A program made the position numbers and the translations under genes. Below are positions 47,848-58,594 of a stretch of 64,000 nucleotides of DNA, piece by piece (positions within the stretch are counted from its first letter, which is position 1; the number at the start of each line of letters is the position of its first letter). Under the pieces are notes generated by a model. It was given only the letters and a program-made list of their open reading frames with translations, did not search any database and was not told the origin of the DNA. The stretch comes from Acidobacteriota bacterium (lineage in GTDB: Bacteria > Actinomycetota > Acidimicrobiia > Spongiisociales > UBA5794): positions 3,680 through 67,679 of the forward strand of contig JADFQA010000007.1 in assembly GCA_022562055.1 (NCBI GenBank). Reading direction: 5' to 3'.

Positions 47848-49203
47848 TTAGCTCTTCGGTGTTGGTTCGAGATCGAACGATGTCCGCGCCTCGCGAGCGG
47901 CTTCCACGTCTACTCGGGATAGCAGGATTCCACCAGTCACGAAGAAGATCAGAATCGACAGGATGGCGGGTCGACCGGAGCCGGTCTGGAAGCTCACCAC
48001 CGCAAAGATCAGCGGTCCGAAGATGGCGCTGAACTTGGAGAACACGGAGAAGAACCCAAAGAACTCAGCCGATGCCTCCTCGGGAATCATTGAGGCGTAC
48101 AGCGACCGAGATAGTGCCTGGGTGCCGCCGAGTACCAACCCGATCGTTGCGGCGAGAACAAAAAATGGGACAGCTTGACCAGCAGGGAGAGAAAAACCGC
48201 CAATCGTGATGCCCGACCAACCGACAAGCGACACCAGAATTGCGTTTTTCGGTCCGATGGCGCGGGCCAGTGCACCAAAGGCCAGCGCGCCCCCGAACGC
48301 GACGAACTGCACAATGAGGAAGGCCAGCGCAATAGTCTTGAGTTCGAGACCCAATGTTTCTTCAGCGTACGCCCCCGAGATGTTGATAACGGTTTGAGTG
48401 CCGTCGTTGTACAGCAGGAACGCGACGACAAACATCATGAGGTGCTTCATTTTGATGATCTGCCTACCGGTGTTGACCGTTCGGGTAATCCCAAGCCTGA
48501 CGTAGTCCCGCCAGGAACCACCCGAGATCGACGCTGCCCTTTCGGGGATGTGCATTCTGCCGAGTGCGAACCACGTAAATCCAATCCACCACACTCCGGC
48601 GCCGGCGATTGCGATGCGCACCGCGGTGCCGGTCTCTAGCCCGGTCAACGAACCGGGGCCCTCGCTAAATGTGATGAGCTGGAGTGCAAGCAGCAGGTAC
48701 AGTCCGCCGCCGACGTAGCCGTACGCATACCCCTTGGACGACACCGAATCGATCGTTTCGTCCGTCGTGATGTCGACAAGGAACCCGTCGTACATCACGT
48801 TTGCTGCGACGAAACCAATGTTGGTAATAAGGAACAACCCGAGGAACAACGCCACCGAACCATCAGGGACAAGCGTCATGAGGATCATCACGAGACCACC
48901 CGTCACCGCGGCTGCGCGGAGGAACTTGCGTTTGGCGCCCGAGAAGTCGGCCACCGCCCCAAGGACCGGCATGATCGCGAACAACACGATCGCACCGATC
49001 GACACGACCCCGGACCACAGTGTCTGGCCGGACATCTGCACTCCGAACACGCCGTAACCGTCATCGGGCACGATGCCGTCGGTGAAGAACGGTGCGATTA
49101 CCGCTCCCGCCATGACGATGTAGGCACTGTTCGCCCAGTCGTACATCGCCCAGCCGAATATTGTCCGTTTGTCGTTTACGCTTGTTCCCACCCGGTCTCC
49201 CAT
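47848..49203 (-). CDS. MFS transporter (UMF1/Atg22-like), paralog of 28315-29571
   Basis: 451 aa; 12 TM helices; N-terminal FGWAMYDWANSAY. Confidence 0.8.
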   Translation of the reverse strand: MGDRVGTSVNDKRTIFGWAMYDWANSAYIVMAGAVIAPFFTDGIVPDDGYGVFGVQMSGQTLWSGVVSIGAIVLFAIMPVLGAVADFSGAKRKFLRAAAVTGGLVMILMTLVPDGSVALFLGLFLITNIGFVAANVMYDGFLVDITTDETIDSVSSKGYAYGYVGGGLYLLLALQLITFSEGPGSLTGLETGTAVRIAIAGAGVWWIGFTWFALGRMHIPERAASISGGSWRDYVRLGITRTVNTGRQIIKMKHLMMFVVAFLLYNDGTQTVINISGAYAEETLGLELKTIALAFLIVQFVAFGGALAFGALARAIGPKNAILVSLVGWSGITIGGFSLPAGQAVPFFVLAATIGLVLGGTQALSRSLYASMIPEEASAEFFGFFSVFSKFSAIFGPLIFAVVSFQTGSGRPAILSILIFFVTGGILLSRVDVEAAREARTSFDLEPTPKS

Positions 49204-49241
49204 CCTGTGCGCCTGTCACGATAGATCGAACGACCCCTGTC

Positions 49242-49255
49242 ATGCTGGACAGCAT
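49242..49255. promoter_or_regulatory. Perfect palindrome ATGCTGGACAGCAT in the MFS/ribokinase divergent intergenic region
   Basis: 6-bp arms with a 2-nt spacer, about 40 nt upstream of the MFS start codon. Confidence 0.3.
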
Positions 49256-49467
49256 CGCTGTCGACTCGTCAGAGGCCGGCAGTGAAGGTGTCGTCGCAGC
49301 GAGTCTTCGGTAGTTCGGGACACGGTGTTTCGGCAACTCGGGCGGTGGCAGTGTGGCGACCCTCTCAACTATCACCGGACCGGCTTGAGCCCGCCGGTGC
49401 GCCTGCTCGCTCCGTGTCCGGTATCTTGTGTGGTGGAAGTACGTTGTCTAACGATTGGGTCCGCCGT

Positions 49468-50373
49468 TTGACGGGCAGCATTACGGTTGTTGGTTCGATC
49501 AACCACGACATCGCGGTTCGTGTGCCCCGCCACCCGGTGCCGGGGGAGACGATCATTGGGAGCGGGCATTTCACGTCTCCAGGTGGGAAGGGGGCAAACC
49601 AGGCAGTTGCGGCGGCCCGGTTGGGTGCGTCGGTGATGATGGTCGGTGCGGTCGGTGACGACGCACCTGGAGCGAACCTTGTTGATGGGTTGGAGGCCGA
49701 GGGAATTGACTGTACAAACGTTTCGGCAAGCACCCGCGTAGCCACCGGGATTGCCCTCATCACCCTCGACATGGCGGGTGAGAACTCGATCGTGGTCAGC
49801 CCCGGGGCGAACGGAACAGTGTCCGTAGACGACGTCACAATCAGTGCGGTTGCAGATGCGGTCGTCGTGCTTATCCAGCAGGAGATCCCGGCAGAGGCTG
49901 TCGCTGCGGCGGTGTTGCATGCAACAGGCAAGGTCATTTTGAACCCCGCACCTGCGCGCACCGTGAGTCCCGAAGTGTTGGCGAGGGTCGACGTACTTGT
50001 GCCCAATCGATCCGAGCTCGCCGCTCTCGCCGGGTCGGCCGAAGCCGGCTCGCTCGATGAAGTCGCCGACCAGGCGCACGGGATTTCAGGACCGGGTCTT
50101 GTGGTCGTGACGTTGGGCGGCGACGGGGCAATGATCATCGACGGCGAATCCGTCACCATCGTCGAGGCAGCTCCGGTGACGCCGGTTGACACTACAGCGG
50201 CCGGCGACGCGTTCTGCGCCGGGTTGGCGTTCGGCATCGCCTCGGGATGGGATGTCCCGAGGGCAGTGCGGTGGGGCGCTCTTGTCGGTGCGCTGGCCAC
50301 GACTAAGGAGGGCGCACAGCCATCGTTGCCAACCCACGACGCCGTCATGCGCTTCGCCACATCGATGGGTTAG
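49468..50373 (+). CDS. rbsK: Ribokinase (PfkB family sugar kinase); start uncertain
   Basis: ITVVGSINHDI N-terminus, GGKGANQAVAAARLG, and C-terminal TTAAGDAFCAG anion-hole/DTxGAGD motif. Confidence 0.7.
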   Translation: MTGSITVVGSINHDIAVRVPRHPVPGETIIGSGHFTSPGGKGANQAVAAARLGASVMMVGAVGDDAPGANLVDGLEAEGIDCTNVSASTRVATGIALITLDMAGENSIVVSPGANGTVSVDDVTISAVADAVVVLIQQEIPAEAVAAAVLHATGKVILNPAPARTVSPEVLARVDVLVPNRSELAALAGSAEAGSLDEVADQAHGISGPGLVVVTLGGDGAMIIDGESVTIVEAAPVTPVDTTAAGDAFCAGLAFGIASGWDVPRAVRWGALVGALATTKEGAQPSLPTHDAVMRFATSMG

Positions 50374-50382
50374 GCTCGCTGG

Positions 50383-51321
50383 ATGTCTACCCGCCCAATC
50401 ATCATCGACACCGACCCGGGTCAAGATGACGCCGTTGCCATCATGTTGGCAATAGCTTCTCCCGAACTCGACATTTTGGCTGTCACCGCCGTTGCCGGCA
50501 ACGTGCCGCTCCCGCTCACAGAGCTGAACGCTCGCACGATCGTCGAGGCGTGCGGCAGACCAGACATACCGGTGTTCGCGGGCGCCGCAAAGCCAATGCT
50601 CAGAGACCTCGTAACGGCTGAACATGTGCACGGGAAGACAGGTCTCGATGGAGCGGACTGTCCTGCGCCGACGATTCGCCTCGCCCCAGGTCACGCCGCG
50701 CAAGCAATCGTCGATATCGTTCACAAGGCGGAGGAAAAGATCACCCTCTGTGCACTCGGACCGCTTACCAACGTCGCGATTGCCTTGTTACTCGATCCGT
50801 CGATCTCTGAGAATCTTGAACAGATCGTTCTCATGGGAGGGGGCTTCTTCGAAGGTGGCAATGTCACACCCGCCGCCGAGTTCAATATCTACGTCGATCC
50901 GCACGCAGCGCACATTGTCTTTGCGTCTGGGATCGATATCGTCATGATGCCGCTTGACATGACGCACAAGGCGATTGCCACTGACCCCGTGATACAACGG
51001 TTCGCCAACCTCGGCACCCATTGTGGTGACGCTGCAGCGGGGATGATTGGGTTCTATTCGCGACACGATTCCGAAAAGTACAGCGTCGCCGGAGCCCCGC
51101 TCCACGACCCCACAGTGATTGCCTATCTGATCGATCCCGAGCTCTTCTCAGGTCGAGCGTGCTCCGTGGAAATCGACACGCACTTGGGACCCTCGCTGGG
51201 TGCAACACAAGTCGACTGGTGGGACGTCACCGACGAACCTCCAAATGCAATGGTGATGCGCGACGTCGACTCTGAAGGGTTCTTTGATCTCTTGGTGGAA
51301 CGGATTGCCGGGTTGCCGTAA
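50383..51321 (+). CDS. Nucleoside hydrolase (inosine-uridine preferring IunH/RihA type)
   Basis: N-terminal IIIDTDPGQDDAVAI aspartate cluster characteristic of nucleoside hydrolases; 312 aa. Confidence 0.85.
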   Translation: MSTRPIIIDTDPGQDDAVAIMLAIASPELDILAVTAVAGNVPLPLTELNARTIVEACGRPDIPVFAGAAKPMLRDLVTAEHVHGKTGLDGADCPAPTIRLAPGHAAQAIVDIVHKAEEKITLCALGPLTNVAIALLLDPSISENLEQIVLMGGGFFEGGNVTPAAEFNIYVDPHAAHIVFASGIDIVMMPLDMTHKAIATDPVIQRFANLGTHCGDAAAGMIGFYSRHDSEKYSVAGAPLHDPTVIAYLIDPELFSGRACSVEIDTHLGPSLGATQVDWWDVTDEPPNAMVMRDVDSEGFFDLLVERIAGLP

Positions 51322-51350
51322 CCAGAACTCTTGCCCGATATGGCTGGAAC

Positions 51351-52508
51351 ATGAGCGCTACCATCGCGACCATGGGAACGTTGCAGGGGATTTCGGTCAT
51401 CGAGCTCGGCGGGATTGGGCCGGCGCCGTTTTGCGGAATGCTGCTCGCCGACATGGGTGCCGATGTCATCCGTGTGGATCGGCCGAGCGAGGTTGAGGGC
51501 GGACTAGATGACATGCGGCGCGTGTCGGGTCGGTCGAAGAAATCAATCGGCATCGACTTGAAGTCAGCGGACGGAATTGACGTCCTGAAGCGACTTCTTG
51601 GTACCACAGATGTCTTGATAGAGGGATTCCGACCGGGCGTCATTGAGCGGCTTGGCATCGGTCCCGACGTATGTGAGTCCATCAACGCCCGGCTTGTCAT
51701 CGGTCGGATGACAGGTTGGGGTCAGACAGGTCCCTACGCTTCGATGGCCGGGCACGACATCAACTACATCGGGTTGGCGGGTCCGCTCGGAGCAATCGGT
51801 CGCAGCGGCGAGCGGCCGGTGCCACCGCTGAATCTTGTAGGAGATTACGGTGGCGGCGCGCTCTACCTTATTGCGGGGATACTCGCCGCGCTTGTCGAGC
51901 GGGAGTCCTCCGGTCGAGGTCAGGTCGTCGACGTTGCCATGGTTGATGGGGTGGCGTCGCTTATGACACCGACCTACCAGCTCTTCGGGATGGGTCTGTG
52001 GTCCTCCGATAGGGAGAGCAATCTGCTCGACGGTGCTGCCCCGTTCTACGACACTTACGAGACTGCCGACGGGAAGTCGATGGCTGTCGGCCCCATCGAG
52101 CAACCGTTTTACAAAGCGATGCTGGATGGCCTCGACATTGACGAAACCGAGCTCCCCGATCGCGATGACCCGACGAACTGGCCGGCCCTTAAAGCCACGT
52201 TCACCGCTGCATTCAAGACGCGCACCAGGGATGAGTGGGAGGCGATCTTTGTCGGGACGGATGCATGTGTCACGCCCGTACTGGCGCTCGATGAGGTGGC
52301 GTCACACCCGGTTAACATTGCCCGTGATGTGTTTGTGGCGTCAGGCGATTCGTCTTTGCCGGCACCGGCGCCGCGGTTCTCTCGCACCCCTTCGAACGTT
52401 GGCGGTGACGCCCCCGAGCCCGGCGCTAACACCGACGAGATCTTGACCGCGGTGGGATACGGCTCCGAAGAGATTGCTGCACTGCGAGGCGTCGGTGCAA
52501 TCTCTTGA
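51351..52508 (+). CDS. CoA-transferase family III (CaiB/BaiF; alpha-methylacyl-CoA racemase-like)
   Basis: GISVIELGGIGPAPFCGMLLADMGADVIRVDRP N-terminus typical of family III CoA-transferases; 385 aa. Confidence 0.8.
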   Translation: MSATIATMGTLQGISVIELGGIGPAPFCGMLLADMGADVIRVDRPSEVEGGLDDMRRVSGRSKKSIGIDLKSADGIDVLKRLLGTTDVLIEGFRPGVIERLGIGPDVCESINARLVIGRMTGWGQTGPYASMAGHDINYIGLAGPLGAIGRSGERPVPPLNLVGDYGGGALYLIAGILAALVERESSGRGQVVDVAMVDGVASLMTPTYQLFGMGLWSSDRESNLLDGAAPFYDTYETADGKSMAVGPIEQPFYKAMLDGLDIDETELPDRDDPTNWPALKATFTAAFKTRTRDEWEAIFVGTDACVTPVLALDEVASHPVNIARDVFVASGDSSLPAPAPRFSRTPSNVGGDAPEPGANTDEILTAVGYGSEEIAALRGVGAIS

Positions 52509-53034
52509 CCTTGCACACCTGACCGCGGCGCTTTCCGGTGCGTACGCCGTCGTGCTTGTTGCGAGTGGCGGTGCCAAGCTGCGATCGCCCGACCCCACAC
52601 GGACCGCGCTGGCAGCGTTTCGACTGCCCGCGTCGCGACGGGCCGCCTACGCGCTGGGCTTCGTTGAAGTGACCTTGGGTGTGATGGTCTTGTTTGTCGG
52701 TGCGATACCTCAGCTAGTCGGCGGAGCGCTGTATTTAGCGTTTGCGGTGGTGGTAACCCCAGTCGTAACCGGCAGACTCGATCTTGAGACGTGCGGATGT
52801 TTTGGTGAGCGCTCTTTGGCGCCGGGCGTGGCGCACATCGCCATCAACCTCGTGGGAGCCGGATCATTTTTTGCTATGTACGTTGCGGCGTCACCGCCGT
52901 TCGTACCGATGGTTCGCGGAACGACGGTCGCCGCTGCCCTTGGTTGGACGGCCGGAGCCGTTGGATACGCCATCGGCGTCACAGTTGCCCTCACAAAGGG
53001 TACGATGCTCACTCGCGGTGCGGAAGTTCGATAG
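52474..53034 (+). CDS. MauE/DoxX-like membrane protein
   Basis: Four hydrophobic helices and a CGCFG motif as in MauE; start position uncertain (overlaps upstream gene). Confidence 0.45.
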   Translation: MLHCEASVQSLDLAHLTAALSGAYAVVLVASGGAKLRSPDPTRTALAAFRLPASRRAAYALGFVEVTLGVMVLFVGAIPQLVGGALYLAFAVVVTPVVTGRLDLETCGCFGERSLAPGVAHIAINLVGAGSFFAMYVAASPPFVPMVRGTTVAAALGWTAGAVGYAIGVTVALTKGTMLTRGAEVR

Positions 53035-53090
53035 CACCGGGCTTGTGTCACCGGCTGCCGGCTACCGCCTCAGCCTAGGAGTGGAGAGCA

Positions 53091-54533
53091 ATGAAGGTCA
53101 TCCTTGTAGGTGCTGGAGCGCACGCCCGTCAAGTGTTACTGCGCCTTGGACCCCACTGGGATGTTGTGGTCGTTGACATCGACGAGCGTCGTTTCGAGCG
53201 TTTCAACGAGATCCGTGAATTTGACGCTGTTGTAGGAGATGGGAGTTCAGCACTTGTTCTCAAGCGAGCCGGCGTTGGCCAAGCCGACGCGGTCGTCGCC
53301 GCCACTGGCCACGACGTTGTCAATCTTGCGTGCGCCAAGATCGCGTTGGCTGAGGGTGTTATGCGTGTCATCGCAATTGCCCACGACCCGTTGCATGTCG
53401 ACGAGTACACCGAGGCCGGGATTCACGTTGTGACCCCGGCCGCTCTGGCGGCGCGCCACATCGAAGTCAACTTGGAACCCCGGCGGGTCGTGTCGACCGC
53501 CTTCGCCGGAGGCAAGGCCGAGGCAATCGAGTTCTACATCAGTCCCGACACCCCGGTCGCCGGGAAGCGTCTTCGTGATCTTCACAGTGAGACGTGGGTG
53601 ATCGCCGCCGTCTTGCGAGGGGAGCGGCTCATCATCCCTCATGGCGGTACGCAGATTCTTGCCGGAGACCGCGTCACTGTTGTCGGCGAAGCGGCGGACT
53701 TCGCAGCAATTGTCGCCACATTCACATCAGGGAAATCGCGGTTCCCTGAGGCCTATGGCCGCCGAGTTGCGGTAGTGATCGATCACGAAAACGACGTTGT
53801 AACGACCGGAGCTGCTGCAGTTGGGATGGTGCGTTCGACCCGGGCTGACTCGCTGCTTGTCGTTCAGCGTGATACCGGGCGCGACACCGAGCGCCAAGCC
53901 GAGCTCGACACTTTGGTCGCTTCGCTCGGTGCCGCAGAAGACGGCATCGACATCGAGGTGCGGACCACAAGAGAGAAATCTCTCGCTGAGGGCCTGGTTG
54001 CGATAGCCAGCGAAGAGAGCGTTGGGATCGTCGTGGCGCCCCCGCCACGAGGTCGCCGAATCGTTGCTCGATGGCGGGCAATGCGCGCGTTGAACGTCTA
54101 CGGCCGTGTCGGGGTTCCCGTGTTGTTCGCGTCTCAAGAACCGGCATGGGAGGACACATTCGTGCTCTTGAAACGCACACCTGCCGGGGAGGCCGCAGCT
54201 CGTGTGGCGATCGACCTTGCAAAGGCGCTTGGCACTGATTTAATCGGCGTTGGCGTTGTTCCGCCAATATTTGTGACAGGTACCGACGAGATAGGGGAGG
54301 CTCGCGCTGCCGCCGCATGGCTGCGGGAAGAGGCCTCCGTGCAAGGCGTCGGGGTTCGGCGCAAGATTCGGCGGGGCAACCCCGTTCGAGTTATGGAAGA
54401 ACTCGTATCGTCCAACGATCTGCTGGTATTGCCCATGCCGCGGCTCCCTCTGAGTTTGCGTCGGATCGGTATTGCTACGTACATGCTGGGTCGCGTCGGC
54501 GGATCACTGCTCGTGGTCCCGGAGTTGTCCTGA
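53091..54533 (+). CDS. TrkA-like RCK_N/RCK_C protein fused to C-terminal universal-stress-protein-like domains
   Basis: KVILVGAGAHARQV Rossmann N-terminus (RCK_N), TrkA_C-like segment (EFYISPDTPVAGKRLRDL), then about 250 aa with USP-like repeats. Confidence 0.65.
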   Translation: MKVILVGAGAHARQVLLRLGPHWDVVVVDIDERRFERFNEIREFDAVVGDGSSALVLKRAGVGQADAVVAATGHDVVNLACAKIALAEGVMRVIAIAHDPLHVDEYTEAGIHVVTPAALAARHIEVNLEPRRVVSTAFAGGKAEAIEFYISPDTPVAGKRLRDLHSETWVIAAVLRGERLIIPHGGTQILAGDRVTVVGEAADFAAIVATFTSGKSRFPEAYGRRVAVVIDHENDVVTTGAAAVGMVRSTRADSLLVVQRDTGRDTERQAELDTLVASLGAAEDGIDIEVRTTREKSLAEGLVAIASEESVGIVVAPPPRGRRIVARWRAMRALNVYGRVGVPVLFASQEPAWEDTFVLLKRTPAGEAAARVAIDLAKALGTDLIGVGVVPPIFVTGTDEIGEARAAAAWLREEASVQGVGVRRKIRRGNPVRVMEELVSSNDLLVLPMPRLPLSLRRIGIATYMLGRVGGSLLVVPELS

Positions 54534-54584
54534 AACGACCAGCGGTAAGCCTGGTCGACGAATGTTCTGGCATACTGCACCGCT

Positions 54585-55085
54585 ATGCGTGATTCACTAG
54601 CTGACTGGGTGCGAGCCCTACCGCTGCCCGACGGGGTGATTGTGGTCCTCCTTGCAATGGTTCCGATAATCGAGCTGCGCGGCGCCATTCCCATCGCGCT
54701 GGGTGTGTTCGATTTCGGCCGGGTACCGGCGTACCTACTCGCGGTTGCCGGCAATCTCATCCCGATACCGATCATCCTGTGGGTGTATCCTCCTTTTTTC
54801 TCGTTCACAGAACGACATGTTGGATGGTTACACCGCCTGCTCGCCAGGCTTCAGCAGTCGACCGAGCGTCGACACTCGGCACGGTTCAACCGTTGGCGAG
54901 ATATTGCGTTGGTCAGCTTTGTGGCGATCCCGCTGCCGATCACCGGGGCCTGGAGCGGGTCACTCGCCGCGATCGTATTCAGCGTGCCCAAGGGGAAGGC
55001 GCTGGCGTTGATCGGCCTTGGTGTACTGATTGCCGGGGTCGTCGTCACGCTGTTCATCGAAGCTCTTGGGCTTTCGGTCGGGTGA
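54585..55085 (+). CDS. Small multidrug-export-like membrane protein (COG2426 family)
   Basis: IIELRGAIPIALG motif and four TM helices; 166 aa. Confidence 0.55.
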   Translation: MRDSLADWVRALPLPDGVIVVLLAMVPIIELRGAIPIALGVFDFGRVPAYLLAVAGNLIPIPIILWVYPPFFSFTERHVGWLHRLLARLQQSTERRHSARFNRWRDIALVSFVAIPLPITGAWSGSLAAIVFSVPKGKALALIGLGVLIAGVVVTLFIEALGLSVG

Positions 55086-55091
55086 GCCCCA

Positions 55092-55547
55092 ATGCGCTGT
55101 GTCATTCAACGTGTTTCTTCAGCCTCGGTCACTGTCGCCGGCGAATCCGTTGGCGCAATCGGTCAGGGTCTGTTGATTCTCATCGGTGTTGGACAAGATG
55201 ACACCGACAAGGATGCCCGTGTTGTGGGCCGCAAAGTCGCCAACCTCCGAATCTTCGAGCGGGACGGGAAGATGGACCTCGCGGTCGGGGATGTCGGCGG
55301 CGCGGTGCTAGTCGTGAGCCAGTTCACGCTGCTAGGCGCAACAAAGAGGGGCCGGCGTCCTTCGTTTACTGACGCGGCACCGCCAGATCAAGCTGAGCCG
55401 CTCGTCGACCTGGTTGTGACGGCAATTCGAGATTGCGGAGTACCGGTCGAGACCGGACGTTTCGGGGCTTTCATGTCTGTCTCGCTCGTCAACGATGGCC
55501 CGGTGACTCTGGTGATCGACACGGTCGACGGTGCAGTCGCGGGTTAG
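55092..55547 (+). CDS. dtd: D-aminoacyl-tRNA deacylase
   Basis: MRCVIQRV start, SQFTL and NDGPVT motifs; 151 aa. Confidence 0.85.
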   Translation: MRCVIQRVSSASVTVAGESVGAIGQGLLILIGVGQDDTDKDARVVGRKVANLRIFERDGKMDLAVGDVGGAVLVVSQFTLLGATKRGRRPSFTDAAPPDQAEPLVDLVVTAIRDCGVPVETGRFGAFMSVSLVNDGPVTLVIDTVDGAVAG

Positions 55548-58500
55548 CTACTACTACCACCATCCTCCTGGATGTACTGCGTACCCGCATCACAGAATCG
55601 TGAGAAGTCGCAGTAGTGACAGGCTGGCGATGGCGAAGTGGCAAACGTATCACCGGTCGCCTCAGTCAGCAACGAGTTTATGGCGTCGCGTTTTTCGTCT
55701 AACCAGACTTGTGTCGCTTCGACCTGCTCGTGGACCAGTTTGCCACCGCCGAGATACACAAAGCTGACAAACAGGCGGTCGGGCATAGACCCCAGAGCGC
55801 CGTTTCGGATGGCTAGTGCGTACGCCGCAAGTTGTAGGAAACGGTTTTCTCCGGTTTTGGGTCGGCCCGATTTGAAGTCGACCACGTCCCATGTGTCTGG
55901 CTCGAATTGATACACGGCGTCGATCCGGCCTCGCACTCCGCCCGCTTCGAGGTGAAGGTCAATCGCAACCTCAGTGAAGATCGGCGATGTAGATCCGAAC
56001 GGTGAATCGGTGAACGCAGCAAAGGCGGTAATGCCACGGTCAGCTTCGCCCGGCACGGTGTCGACGACGTCGGGGATGAGCTCTTCATCGAACCCGATGG
56101 TTCCCCGATTGTGCAGTTCGATGCGTCGGTGGAGTGCGGTCCCAGCGGCCATCGCGCCGGTCCTTCGCCGCGGCAACGGATCGACATGACTCCAGTAGTA
56201 GCGCTTTGCGCAGTCCCCAAGCGTGACAAGGCTCGTGACCGACAACTCCGCGGATCTTGTCGCTGTCTCATCGTCGGGTGGGTCGGGGAGCCCATCGAGG
56301 TGTAGTCCAAGCTGTTTCACGGCCGCATCGTAGGCCTCGGTGAGTGCTGCGTCGGTAGGGCGTTGCGAGTGCCCATCGGCGGCGGCCTTCAGCGCCTGTT
56401 TCCACCCGGACGGAAAGTGCGGATCGGGCGTTGGTGTATGGTCGGACAGCGTGAGCCGGTCGGGTCGGTCGTCAGCCTCCGTGTCGGGAAGGGCAAAAAC
56501 GCCGGCTACTTGGGCAATAGTGTCGTATAGATCGGACGGTTTCTTGGACCGCACACCCGTGTGCCAATGCGAACCGGTGGCGTACAGCCTGCGCTTCGCC
56601 CTGGTAGCGGCTACGTATGCAGTACGCCATTCTTGGGCGGCATGGATCGCTCGAAGCAAGACGATATCGTCCTTTTCGACACCGGTGAGGACCGGGAATG
56701 TCTCCGGGTCAAGACGAAGTTCGAATGGCAGGCTCTGCGCACTCTTGAGGGGATTGTCGTACCTGACCGATTTTGTTGGGAAGACTCCTTCGTCGAGTGA
56801 TGGGAGAAACACGGTGTCCCACTCAAGACCCTTTGCCCGATGCACGGTGAGTAGCCGTACTGCATCTTCCTGTGACGGTCGCGCGGTGTCGAGTTCCTCC
56901 GCGGCGCTTTCATCTGAAAGAATTTCAAGGTAGGCGACAAAGGTCTCGAGCGACGGTCTGCCCGTGAGCGGAGACCAATCGCCCGCAAGGTCCAGGAAGC
57001 GGTACAGGTTGAGGCGGGCGGACAGCGCGGCCGCCCGCGGGAGGGCGTCGATTTCGGACCATATCGACGTGAAGTCAAGGATGTTGCGACACAGAGTTGC
57101 CAGCGATTCGTGTTGCGCGCTGACGATCGCCTTGCGATACATGGTGCGGAACTCTTCAAGGCGGGTGCGAGCCTCGGCGTCGAGACCGGGGATGTCTTGC
57201 AGAGCCTCGATGGCTTCGATCAGCGAGCTGGTTGAATCCTGGTGGGTGGGTTTGGTGCGCTCTTGCCGAGTCCATCGCACCAGCGGCGCAAGATCGCCGA
57301 GACCCAGGCGAAATCTCGACCCCAACAAGACCCTGACGACTGCCGGCGAATCGTCAGGATGCGCAAGGAAGCGCAGCCACGCATAGAGATCGCTGATTAT
57401 GGGGATGTCGAGGAGTCCGCCGAGCGAAGCTACATCGACCGGAATCCCATGGTCTTCAAGGGCTTGGCGGATGAGTCCGATCGACTTGTTTTTGCGGACG
57501 AGGATTGCGATCTCTCGCCACGCGATTCCCTCTTCGAGCGAGAGGCGATGGATCTCGTCGGCGATCCAGGTGGCCTCGGCGTTTAGCGATACAAACCGGC
57601 GGGTCTCGACGATCGCCTGCGCCGCGTTGTCGGTGGCGATGAGGGGCTCAAAGTTTGCGTCGTGGAGCTTCCCCCGGATCGCGTTTGCGACATCGAGGAT
57701 GAGTTGGCCCGATCGTCGGTTCAGTGTTAGCGGCAGGGTGAGTGCAGGAGATCCCGAAGCCTGGCGAAAGTGGATAGGGAAGCCGTTGAAGTTCTCGAGA
57801 GAGGCCCCGCGCCATTCATAAATTGTCTGGTCGATGTCGCCGACTGCGGTGATCGGAAAGCCTTCCCCGAAAATGGCTTGGAGAAGCATCCGTTGTGCCG
57901 GGTCGGTGTCCTGGTACTCGTCGAGTAACGCAGTGTCGTACCGGGTTCGTATTGACTGGGCAACTTCGGGGTATGTGGTGACGAGCTCGTGCGCCTTGCC
58001 AATAAGGTCGCCGTAGTCGAGCACGTTGGCGGCTGATTTGAGGTCTTGATACCTTTCGACGACTCCGGCCAGCTCACGTCGTTTACGCCCGATCTCGTCG
58101 TCAACGAACGGAACTCGGGACGGGTGGACGAGATTCCCGCTGAGTTGCCGGCCGAGCGTTGCGGCTTCTCGAACACGCTGTTGCGGCGCGGTGAGATCTA
58201 GTTCTGCGTAGGTGCCACTTTTCACAGCCTCGTTGTAAAGAGTGAGCGTGAACCCGGCGCCGATGATTCGCGCGTCGCGTTCGACTCCAACCAAGGCGCC
58301 GAACTCGCGCAGGATGCTGAAGGCAAACCCGTGGTAGGTGGTCACCTCGACCTCTCTGCCTTCGGCGGCGAGACCCGGAAGGCGCGTGCGCAACCGCTCG
58401 GCGAGTTCTTCGGCGGCCTTGTTTGAAAACGTCAGCCCGAGGGTTCGTTCTGGGGCGAGGCCGTCGTCGATTGCGTGGACGAGACGCTCCACGATCGTCG

Positions 58501-58594
58501 TCGTTTTTCCGGTGCCGGCACCCGCGGACACACGGAGCGGCGCAAGTGGGGCGTCGATGATTGCTGCCTGCTCGGCGCTCGGTACGAATGTCAT
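55544..58594 (-). CDS. adnB: AdnB subunit of the AdnAB helicase-nuclease (UvrD-like motor plus C-terminal RecB-type nuclease with Cys cluster)
   Basis: Walker [11 protein letters not shown]-terminal nuclease motifs ([15 protein letters not shown]) and [13 protein letters not shown] at 58594 overlaps the adnA stop (ATGA). The longer track ORF start is rejected. Confidence 0.75.
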   Translation of the reverse strand: MTFVPSAEQAAIIDAPLAPLRVSAGAGTGKTTTIVERLVHAIDDGLAPERTLGLTFSNKAAEELAERLRTRLPGLAAEGREVEVTTYHGFAFSILREFGALVGVERDARIIGAGFTLTLYNEAVKSGTYAELDLTAPQQRVREAATLGRQLSGNLVHPSRVPFVDDEIGRKRRELAGVVERYQDLKSAANVLDYGDLIGKAHELVTTYPEVAQSIRTRYDTALLDEYQDTDPAQRMLLQAIFGEGFPITAVGDIDQTIYEWRGASLENFNGFPIHFRQASGSPALTLPLTLNRRSGQLILDVANAIRGKLHDANFEPLIATDNAAQAIVETRRFVSLNAEATWIADEIHRLSLEEGIAWREIAILVRKNKSIGLIRQALEDHGIPVDVASLGGLLDIPIISDLYAWLRFLAHPDDSPAVVRVLLGSRFRLGLGDLAPLVRWTRQERTKPTHQDSTSSLIEAIEALQDIPGLDAEARTRLEEFRTMYRKAIVSAQHESLATLCRNILDFTSIWSEIDALPRAAALSARLNLYRFLDLAGDWSPLTGRPSLETFVAYLEILSDESAAEELDTARPSQEDAVRLLTVHRAKGLEWDTVFLPSLDEGVFPTKSVRYDNPLKSAQSLPFELRLDPETFPVLTGVEKDDIVLLRAIHAAQEWRTAYVAATRAKRRLYATGSHWHTGVRSKKPSDLYDTIAQVAGVFALPDTEADDRPDRLTLSDHTPTPDPHFPSGWKQALKAAADGHSQRPTDAALTEAYDAAVKQLGLHLDGLPDPPDDETATRSAELSVTSLVTLGDCAKRYYWSHVDPLPRRRTGAMAAGTALHRRIELHNRGTIGFDEELIPDVVDTVPGEADRGITAFAAFTDSPFGSTSPIFTEVAIDLHLEAGGVRGRIDAVYQFEPDTWDVVDFKSGRPKTGENRFLQLAAYALAIRNGALGSMPDRLFVSFVYLGGGKLVHEQVEATQVWLDEKRDAINSLLTEATGDTFATSPSPACHYCDFSRFCDAGTQYIQEDGGSSS

